DNA from: Elusimicrobiota bacterium
GTDB taxonomy: Bacteria; Elusimicrobiota; Elusimicrobia; F11
Direction of reading: 5' to 3'
NCBI GenBank assembly: GCA_003140895.1
Contig: PLLH01000012.1
Location: 3,661-67,660 of the forward strand
Length of the DNA stretch: 64,000 nucleotides
The notes under the pieces are model-generated. The model was not told where the DNA came from and ran no database searches. It worked only from the letters and a program-made list of their open reading frames with translations. The position numbers and the translations under genes were made by a program. Shown one piece after another: positions 51,979 through 61,200 of this stretch; the stretch's first letter is position 1; every line of letters begins with the position of its first letter.

Positions 51979-53180
51979 AAAAAAAGACGCTCTTTTTGAT
52001 CGCCGCCTTCACAACCGCCTGTCTCATTCAAATCCAGGCGAGCGCCGCCGTTCTCTGCGGCATTGATGTTCTTGAGCGGGACCGTTTCGCCCTTCTCTCA
52101 GGCGCTCACGTGGCGTTGATCACCAACCAAACCGGCGTCGACCGGAAGGGCGTGAGCACCGTTGATCTGCTGTCAAAAGCGCCCGGCGTCGCCCTCCTTT
52201 GTATTTTGACTCCCGAACATGGATTCCGAGGCGTGGCGAAGCACGGCGAAGTCGTTCAAAACTCAATCGACGAAAAGACCGGCGTCCCGATTTACAGCCT
52301 CTACGGAAAAACAACCCGCCCAACGGTAGACATGCTGCAAGACGTGGATACCATCGTGTTTGACATTCAAGACAGCGGAACCCGCTTCTACACCTACATC
52401 GCCACGATGGGACAAGCCCTTGAAATCGCGGCGGAGCGGAAGCTTCGCTTCATTGTCCTGGACAGACCGAACCCTATTCGGGGGGATATTTTGGAAGGAG
52501 ACGTGTTGGATCCGGAGGTAAAACGCCTCACCGGTTATTTCCCCATCCCGACGCGGCATGGATTCACCGTCGGAGAACTGGCGGAGTGGATGAACAAAAC
52601 CCAAAATCTTCAGGCGCCCCTCACGGTGGTTAAAATGGAAGGATGGAAAAGGTCCCTCTGGTTCAACCAAACGGGGCTCGCCTGGATTCGCCCCTCTCCC
52701 AATCTTCCGACCCCCACGTCGGCTCTTCTTTACTCTGGTGTCGGATGCTTTGAAGCGACCAATGTGTCGGTGGGTCGCGGCACCAAAACGCCGTTTGAAC
52801 TCTTCGGAGCCCCCTGGATGGATGGGAAAGCGCTCGCCAAAGCGCTGCGGGACAAAAAAATTCCCGGTCTCTCGGTGACTCCCGTTCAATTCACTCCAAA
52901 AACCGACCTCTACCAAAACGAGCGTTGCGAAGGGGTTCGAATTCGCGTGACAAATCGGGATCAGGCGCGACCCTTCCTCCTCTTTGTCCATTCCTTCCTG
53001 ACGCTCTCGAAAGACAACCCAGCCTTCAAACCCAACTGGGAGGAGGTGAGAGTCGTTACGGGATCCAACCGGGTGAAGGACGCCGTTGATGGAAAGTGGC
53101 CTCTCGAGGAGCTGCTGCGCGTTCTGGGTCAACGGCTGGATGAATTCAGGAACCAAGTCAAATCTTTTTATCTTTACTAA
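51975..53180 (+). CDS. namZ: DUF1343-family exo-beta-N-acetylmuramidase (NamZ-like), secreted
   Basis: Signal peptide MKKKTLFLIAAFTTACL. DUF1343 motifs VALITNQTGVD, IVFDIQDSGTRFYTYIATM. Confidence 0.7.
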   Translation: MKKKTLFLIAAFTTACLIQIQASAAVLCGIDVLERDRFALLSGAHVALITNQTGVDRKGVSTVDLLSKAPGVALLCILTPEHGFRGVAKHGEVVQNSIDEKTGVPIYSLYGKTTRPTVDMLQDVDTIVFDIQDSGTRFYTYIATMGQALEIAAERKLRFIVLDRPNPIRGDILEGDVLDPEVKRLTGYFPIPTRHGFTVGELAEWMNKTQNLQAPLTVVKMEGWKRSLWFNQTGLAWIRPSPNLPTPTSALLYSGVGCFEATNVSVGRGTKTPFELFGAPWMDGKALAKALRDKKIPGLSVTPVQFTPKTDLYQNERCEGVRIRVTNRDQARPFLLFVHSFLTLSKDNPAFKPNWEEVRVVTGSNRVKDAVDGKWPLEELLRVLGQRLDEFRNQVKSFYLY

Positions 53181-53217
53181 TATAGCGCCGACACCTTATT
53201 CAAGGAGACCTGAACAC

Positions 53218-54105
53218 ATGAACACATCATTTCATCACCGACACAAACGGATCAATTCCACAGCCCTCCTCTCTTTCGGCCTTTTTCTATTCGCGGGAGC
53301 CGCGCGGGCCAGCATGCTTCAAGCCGTTCCTGAAAAATTTGATTTCGGATGGTGCCCGGACGACGCGAAAGTGAGCTGCACCTTTGTTTTAAAAAACACC
53401 GGGGGCGACATGATCCCCCTCCAGTCCCTCCAACCCAGCTGCGGGTGCACGGCCGCCACTTTCTCGCCGGAAAATTTGGCGTCTCATGACGAGACAAAAA
53501 TCGGCCTCACCTTCAACACACGTGGATACGCGATGTCCCCGTTTCATAAAACAGCCGTTCTCAAAACCGGATCCGGCAAAGAAGAGCTCACGGTCGCCAT
53601 GCTGGGGTTCGTCAAAAATCCGAAGGCCAACGTGCTCCCAACCGGAACAGGCGTCGCTTCGTTTGAACCGAAATCGAAATCATCCCAAACCATCACGCTC
53701 CAAAATAAAACGGATAAAGATCTAACGCTTTCCCTTGTTCAAGAACCAGCCAATTGGGCTCACGTCAACGCGGAAGGACCCCTCCTCAAAGCCAAGGGAA
53801 CCGCGGAGATCAACATCAAAATAGACGGCGCCCTCGATGAGAATAGAAACACCTCTTGCACGTTTGAAGCCGTGGGCGACACCGAACCTTATCGCGTCAC
53901 CATTGCCATTCAATCAGGCCCGCCGGCTCCAACCTACCAACACATCCAAGCGCCGGCTCCGCAAAAATCGTCAGACCCGGCCAAACCGACGGTTAAACCG
54001 TCGGTCAAACCGTCGGCAGGGAAAACAGCAGTGAAATCATCGACAAAGAAGGCCAAAACCAAGAATTCGAAGCCCCACAACACATTATCCAACACAAACC
54101 AGTAA
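53218..54105 (+). CDS. DUF1573 domain protein with Lys/Pro-rich C-terminal tail
   Basis: Signal peptide. PSCGCT motif characteristic of DUF1573 (ASH/MSP-like beta-sandwich). Tail PAKPTVKPSVKPSAGKTAVKSSTKKAKTK. Confidence 0.65.
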   Translation: MNTSFHHRHKRINSTALLSFGLFLFAGAARASMLQAVPEKFDFGWCPDDAKVSCTFVLKNTGGDMIPLQSLQPSCGCTAATFSPENLASHDETKIGLTFNTRGYAMSPFHKTAVLKTGSGKEELTVAMLGFVKNPKANVLPTGTGVASFEPKSKSSQTITLQNKTDKDLTLSLVQEPANWAHVNAEGPLLKAKGTAEINIKIDGALDENRNTSCTFEAVGDTEPYRVTIAIQSGPPAPTYQHIQAPAPQKSSDPAKPTVKPSVKPSAGKTAVKSSTKKAKTKNSKPHNTLSNTNQ

Positions 54106-54115
54106 CGTTGATTAC

Positions 54116-54595
54116 ATGATAAAACAAGCCGCCCTTTTTCTCGCGCTTTCCCTTGGATGCGGCGCGCTTCGTCAACTCGCTCCCAACGGCCTCTCCTGGA
54201 TGGGCCGCTGGCCCACCTCCTCCACCTCCGCCCAGGAGGCCTACACCATGATGACCCAAGAAGGTGATCCCGCTTTTGTTGATTTGGCCACCGCCATTCG
54301 ATTGGAGGAATCGAAAGCCGCCTTTTTTATCGACGCGAGGTCTTTGGCGGACTACAAAGCGGGACATGTGCCCGGCGCGCGAAGCCTTCCCTTCTATGAA
54401 CTTGATACAACCCGTGAGAAAGCCTTAGCGGGGTTACCGATGGATTCCCCTCTCGTCCTTTACTGCGAAGGGATTGACTGCGAACTCAGCATCTTCCTGG
54501 GGCGGGAACTGAAAAAATTCGGATACACGAACCTGAAAATCTTTTACGGCGGCGCCCCGGAATGGAAAAACGCCGGTCTCAGGATGGAAAAATGA
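54116..54595 (+). CDS. rhodanese-domain (sulfurtransferase-like) lipoprotein
   Basis: Lipobox-like LALSLGC. Rhodanese fold with catalytic Cys loop LVLYCEGIDC. Confidence 0.7.
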   Translation: MIKQAALFLALSLGCGALRQLAPNGLSWMGRWPTSSTSAQEAYTMMTQEGDPAFVDLATAIRLEESKAAFFIDARSLADYKAGHVPGARSLPFYELDTTREKALAGLPMDSPLVLYCEGIDCELSIFLGRELKKFGYTNLKIFYGGAPEWKNAGLRMEK

Positions 54596-55020
54596 AAACG
54601 TCGTTTTCCAAATGGAGTTGGACGGCACTTCGAATGCTTCTGGGCGGCATCTTACTCTATTCCAGTCTCTACAAAATCCATTCTCCCGCCGCCTTCGCCC
54701 ACCAAATCTACAATTTTAAACTTCTTCCCGTTTGGGCCATCAATCCCGTGGCGATAACGCTGCCTTGGCTCCAGTTTATATCCGGAGGGGCGCTCATTCT
54801 GGGACTCGGGACTCAGGGGGCCAGCGCGTTGATATTACTCATGATGCTCACGTTTCAATCGGCCGTCGCGTCGGCGCTCCTGCGAGGACTCAACATCTCC
54901 TGCGGGTGTTTTGAAAGCGGAGGGAACCCCGCGACCTGGCTTTCCTTTGGCCGGGATTTTCTAATTCTTCTTTTGGCGGCGGTTGTTTTTCTACGAGAAA
55001 GGAAACGTGCAACTCTCTGA
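54592..55020 (+). CDS. MauE/DoxX-like membrane protein
   Basis: 4 TM helices. CGCF motif (NISCGCFESG). ATGA overlap with the rhodanese gene. Confidence 0.6.
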   Translation: MKTSFSKWSWTALRMLLGGILLYSSLYKIHSPAAFAHQIYNFKLLPVWAINPVAITLPWLQFISGGALILGLGTQGASALILLMMLTFQSAVASALLRGLNISCGCFESGGNPATWLSFGRDFLILLLAAVVFLRERKRATL

Positions 55021-55222
55021 TTTTTCAAAAGACGTCCGGAAGCTGCTTCTGGAACACTGGACGTTTGGCGAGATTGAGTCCCGGTTATCGGACCCGGCTT
55101 ATTTTTTTGAACAGGTGGTACTTCCGCGGCTGGCGTATCTTCGTCGAAACGGCAAAGACGTCCCCACGCTTCGCCTTCAGCAATCTCCCAACAACCCGCT
55201 GCGCGTGATTCTGATCCCTTAG
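55007..55222 (+). CDS. hypothetical small protein (GTG start, 71 aa)
   Basis: AAGGAAA Shine-Dalgarno 4 nt before GTG 55007. No family assignment. Overlaps the MauE stop. Confidence 0.25.
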   Translation: MQLSDFSKDVRKLLLEHWTFGEIESRLSDPAYFFEQVVLPRLAYLRRNGKDVPTLRLQQSPNNPLRVILIP

Positions 55223-58200
55223 GCGTTAAGACGGACCAGAGACGACGTCTTGATCAACATCTCAAGACCGGCGCCTTTGAACGAGGAGAAGAAACGATCC
55301 GTTTCCGCGGTGTTGAGTAGAATTTTAAGCAAAGCCCGCGCCAGGCTCAATTCATCCTTCACGTTGAAATTCCGAATATCAATCTGATTTTTCCACGCCG
55401 CGGGGAATTCCGAAATCGAGATCAGCCCGGCCAACGTTTCCGGAACGAACAGGCTGTACGGCTGGCTCAGTTTCTGCGCCGTCGTCTCCGGGCGACCCAA
55501 CCGCCGGCTCGTCTCTTCCACCAGAGTCTGCCCCACATCGTTCGCTTTGAGATCGATCGAGATAAGGTTCACGGAATCCAGCTTGAGAGCCGCCCATTGA
55601 TCCCGCATCCGTTCATAGAGCGATTGTTCAACAAAAATAAATTTGGCTCTGGACGCCACTTTCTCCTGACCAATCATCTGAACCGCTTGGATGGATTTCG
55701 CCGCGTTTCGAAGCTCTTCTTCCGTCTGAACCACCAGCACAAGAGGCCCGATCGCATTTAAATCCTTCGTTTTGGCCTCGATCGCGACAAAGAGCGCGGT
55801 CATCGCGCTCAAGAATTTCTCCGGTATGCTGGCGCGCGGAACGGCCCGAAACGCCTCAGCGCCTGAAATTTCCCCTGTCCGGTCGACGTGGTTCCACGCA
55901 TCTTCGGGCTCAACAACGGAATCGTCATCTAACGAGGCGGGCCTCTCGACCACTTTTTCCGACGGAGTTTTCTTGAAGCTGAGAGCTCTTCGGAGCAGGA
56001 TCGCCCCATACGTCAGGAACCCAACCACGGCAAAGAAAACGACAGAGGAACTCAGGGGAGACCCTCTGGAAGGTCCGCTCATTGAATCAAAAGACATTCC
56101 AAATGATGTTTCCGCCATCATGATCCACAACAAACCTCCCAGGACCAAAATATGCGCCTTCAACAACGTGTCTCTTGTCTTCACAACCAATCCGTGGACA
56201 ATGTCCATAAATTCGTGCCACCGCGTCCGGCTTTCTCGATCGAAATAATGCGCCGGGTTGTCATACGTTTCCAAGGCTTCTTCCATATCTCTCAAGTACT
56301 TTGATCCTTTGAGAGGCGCCCGCGTATCGCGCGCGACCCAAACCCCTTGGATTAACGCTTCAATAACGGACGTCATGTCATAATTAATGGTATCTCGATT
56401 TTCTTGTTTTTCCTTAAACCACCGGTAGAGCGTCCGGAATTGCCGCGAATTGGCCCACGTGTATAAACGCATCGTGGTGAATCCGAAGATGAAGATAATG
56501 CTGAGCGCGATGACCGTGATCCCCAAGGATTGCCCGATCTGAAGGTAGTTAACGGTCATGTTGAAATCCAAGACGCGGGCGGTCACCAACGCCGGGGTCG
56601 GGTTGAGAGCCAGCCAGACCAGACCCACCATTCCCAAAATGGCGCTGCGGCGGATGGTTGGCAGCGTGAAAGGGTCCTTCAAGAAAAGCGGAGCGTGTTT
56701 AACATAAGACGTTCGAACCATTTTTCTCACCGAGGCCCGGCTCTGCCGGAAAGGACCGCCGATGTGAAGCATCCGCGACAAAATGGCCATGGACGTAAAG
56801 AACGGCACCAAACCGATAAGCGCTCCCGTGACAATCGCCTGCGTCCCGGACAAGGGGAGACTCACGCCCAAACTGGCCAATAGTCCAATGCCAACCCACA
56901 TAACGAGAACCCAGAAATTATGGAGACGTTCCCTGGGAGTCGCCCCGTTGGTGACGATAAAGGTCCCGGGGAAAAGGATGAAGAAAAGAAAAAAGCTGGC
57001 CCCCAATAAAATGGGCGCCACGATCACATCGTTCGAAAAAAGGCCCAAACCAAGCGACATCCCAATCATAATGAGAGCGGCCAACCCCACGCCAATCATT
57101 TTGGGAGTCCACCGCCGCCAACCTAGAAGCGATTGTTTCTTCGGTCCTTTTTGATGGAGATAAATATACGACCCAATCACCAAACCCGTCGTAAACACCA
57201 ACATCGGATACAACATCAACGCGTTCAGCAAGTCCAACCGAGAAATAGCATAGAGGTTGACGAGCGTCGTGATGACCCCCGTCCCGAACATCCAACGGAA
57301 TATGTCATAGGGACCGTTTGTTTTCAGCATCCCTGGAAGAACGTTGGGGTTGTAATCTTCCATTTTGGCTCCACCGGACAAATTGAAGATAAAGCCATAC
57401 CGGACATCTTTGATGAGCGTTTCCATCACCCCGTAGAATTCAATGAACGTGAGGGGCGCAAAAAGAATCATGTCCCTAAATCTCTGGGAGAGCCAAATAG
57501 AAAGACCGGCCCAGAAACCGGCCCGGTCGATATACGACGCCAACCCATTCAACGTCAGAACCTGGTTGGCCACAATACCGATGACCCAGAACAAGAGGAG
57601 AATGCCGGCGAACGGAGTGTAGCCGGTCATAATGAGAAGAGGAGTGAAGGTGACATTGATCATGCCCAAGGGAGCCGTGAGATAATAGCGGGCGCGATTT
57701 CTCTGCATCTCCCTCATAAAAATGGAATCCGACCCGTAATCCCGTAATCGCTGGGCCAGGATATCGCGTCCTTTTTGTCCGGGGTCACCGCCGCCCGACC
57801 AGCGCGGACGCGCCAACACCATCTCCATCATCGTCGAGTGTTCCCGCAATTTGTAGTGCATGCCTCGAGAGGTGAGAAGGCGAGGCGTGATTCCCATGCT
57901 CTTCATCCCTTCGGCGGAAAATTGAATTTGGAGAAAATCTTCACTCACGTGAGGCAGATTCAGAAACCCGTGAATGCCTCCGAACGATCGATCGAGGGAC
58001 GAATTCCCCACATTAAACCGATAGGGAAACGCGGGATCCGAAAAAGCCACAAAGAGATCGTTGTAGGGCAACGCCACCAAATTCCCCCATCCAATCGCCA
58101 CCATTTCTCCAACGGTTCCCCCCAAATAATTCACCAACGCGTCTTCAAACATTGAAAAACCATATTCTCCCATATCGGATTGGGATCCGACGGGGAACGC

Positions 58201-61200
58201 GATATTGGGCGTGGTCCGAATCGGGAATATGCCGGCGATGGTCGGATCCGTCAGAAGCGAATTAATATCGTCGACGGTTTCTTCCAACGTAAAGCTCTGC
58301 GCGTTCCGATCCAAGACATACGTCTTTTTTAAATTTCTGAAGGAACCGGAATTACCGTTTTGAGCGCCTGATTTACACGCGTTAAAGGTCCAGTTATGGT
58401 CCACTTCGGCTGAGATGCCCGTCGTTATCGTGATAAATCGCGCGGCCGCCAAACGCTCGTCCATCTCCTTTTTCTTGGCTCCATCGAGATCAAACAGTTG
58501 ACTCGGGGCCTTATCATCCGGATTGTTTTCGGATGGTTTCGTTGGATCGTATTTATTGGATTGGATATAAAACTTGGGAGCCTGGGTGAGCCCCCGCGCC
58601 CGTAACGCATGCGCCAATTGAATCGCATACACAAGAGTGTCCCGTTGGCTTCCTCGAATCGGAATCCGCGTCACCATCAACCGCTCAAGGCGATACCCCA
58701 ATCGGAGGAGTTCCGCTTCTCTCGGATCGTTCACTCGAACGATGAGATTCAGGTTCCGCCCATTTTCATCGGTGGCCTGATCCAATTCCATTTGAACAGG
58801 AGTCAGCGGTTCTCCCAAAATGGCGATGGCCTCTTCTCCAAAAATAGTTCGCTGGTGTTCGTTCTCCGTTTGAAACAGAAAACCCAACGCCTCTTCAACT
58901 TCCGCATCCGTCACCGGGTGCTTTCCGGTCACATCCAGGATGTCCTGAGGAGAATGAAAAGCGTTTGGTTTGATGACGGTTCTCCAGAGAGTCATATAGT
59001 AGAGAAGTGGATTGTTGACACTCTTCAACGCTTGGCTGGACATGGGCTGGCCCCCGGTGATCCAAATGCCGAACGCGGCGGGTTGACTATCAACCGCCGC
59101 GTGATTATTGCTCCGCCTAACAAGATAAGCGATGAAGCGCACCGCGCGGACCAACACCGCGAGAGAAATGAGTCCGAAAAAGAGCCCTTGGGCATAAGAG
59201 GTTCCGAACCACATGGGAACATAAAAAGCCGCAATACCCGCCCCCAGAATTCCCGTCGAGAACGCAGGATCGCCCGCCGACATGGCCGTGAGCATCAGCA
59301 ACATTTGAATGATGACTCGAATCCCCATGACGGCCGCCCATAAGGCGAAACTGGACGAATTGGACCCCCCAATCAAATAAAGAATGCCTTCCAGAACAGC
59401 CAGGCCGACGCCGATCTCCAACAGGTTTCTAAATTTTCCAATCTTGGACGTGATCGCCGTGAGCCCGATCACCAACACGAAAATGGCGTAATGAGCCAGG
59501 TAAAGCGCTGAGAAAAGGGCAAACCCGCCGATCACCATTCCTCCCACGGGACGATAAATGTCCAAGAAGAAAGAAAGGGCGAAGAAGACCAATGTGACGA
59601 GAGGAAACACTTTCAGATACCGTTTGTAGGGTTCTGGATTTCTACTGGGGTCGGCCAATCGAAACCGCGTGAGCTCATAGATAAATAATGAGATCGCCCC
59701 GGCAATCACCAGGGCGCCGATCGCGTGAGTGGAGAAATTGAACCCCGGTTTCAAGAAATCCTGGTATCCCCACGCCGAAACGAGATACCCTTCAAAAAAC
59801 GGAACCACATACGACGTCACCCACCACGCGAACGCGAGGAAAAGCGCGTATTGCATCGCCATGAAAGCCACGGCTCTGGGATGTCCAAAAATCGCCGTGG
59901 TCCGGAATTGATAGAAACGCATCGTGCCAAGGAATGAGATCCTGTTTGTGAGAAGCGCCAGGATCTCCATAAACATAATCCCCGCCACAACGGCGGGCAG
60001 AAGCAGGCTCGTGATCTCAAGGGACGTCACGCTAAAGTACCCGAACACGCCCGGAATAAACATCAGCGTCCCGAGGCACCCGATCGCCAAACTGAGCATC
60101 AACGCCGCCCGGCCCGTGTTAGAGAGGACGAGACGCTGTATTCGTCCGAAGGTGGTTTTATCCTTCAAAAAGTTTCCTTCGAAATAAAACCAATAGGAGA
60201 CGCAAAGCGCCAGAAGTCCGATCAAGAGCCCAGTCGCGCCCAAACCGCTCCACCACGAGGGCACGTTGAAAAAGTTGTTCGATAACAACTGGAGCGGGGA
60301 CAAGGAGTCACGGGCGTATATAAAGGCAAACGTCACGGCAAAAAGGATGAGGCGGGGAGCGAAACTAACGATCTCCGTCCAATACGGGTGGATGGAAATA
60401 AGGTTGTGCCGATCCGCGTGGGCCTCGATTTTGGCCCCAAATTCCTCCGGCTGAATGGTGTCCGCTTCCAAGAGGCCCAACTCGCCCAGAACCATCTCGA
60501 AAGCGGCTCGATCGTCCGCTGATAAGACTTTTGTCCCATCCTCCATCAGCGGCCGGGCCAGGATTTTCCGCAGTTTTTCAGCCATGTGAGAAAAATACAA
60601 TTCTGTTTCGGCATAGATGTGCGAGTTCACATTCGGGCGAGAAATCTGATCTCTGAACCACCAACCCGCGCGGCGTAGATAACGGTCCAACCGCATCAGT
60701 TCGGGCTTGTCCACTCCCGGATTCAACGCGTTGGGATCCAGCATGATGGGAGCGGCCGCAGCGGCCAACTCCTCCTGTGTCCATCCCGGATGAAGCCGTC
60801 TGTAATACTCCAACGTGAGAATATGAATGTACGCCAAACCCGGAAGGAACGGGATTTCACCGGTCCCGACGTGCTGATTCGCCGCCAAAGCCGGATCTGC
60901 CGAGACATATTCATTGGGAACGGAGGCGCCAAAGATATCCGTGGGGACGCCGTCCCGAACCACCTGATAGGTTCCCAGAACCCGCTTGTAGTACCGGTCT
61001 GTCGCCGCCTCAATCAAGGCATCGTCATAAATGCGTTGTCCGTTCTCTAAGGCACGCCATTTTCGAAGTCGCAAAGCCGCATACCCTTCAAAACGACGAG
61101 CGCCGATGCCGGAAGTGATAATTTGTGAAGCCGGGTAAAGCCACGCCGCCGAGAGAGAAACCCCCAGCCCGGTCAGGCCAAATCCATAGAGAAGAATGGG

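Noticed and set aside
52263-53156. 297-aa minus-strand ORF
   Set aside because: Antisense to namZ (DUF1343), which has a signal peptide and family motifs in the sense frame.
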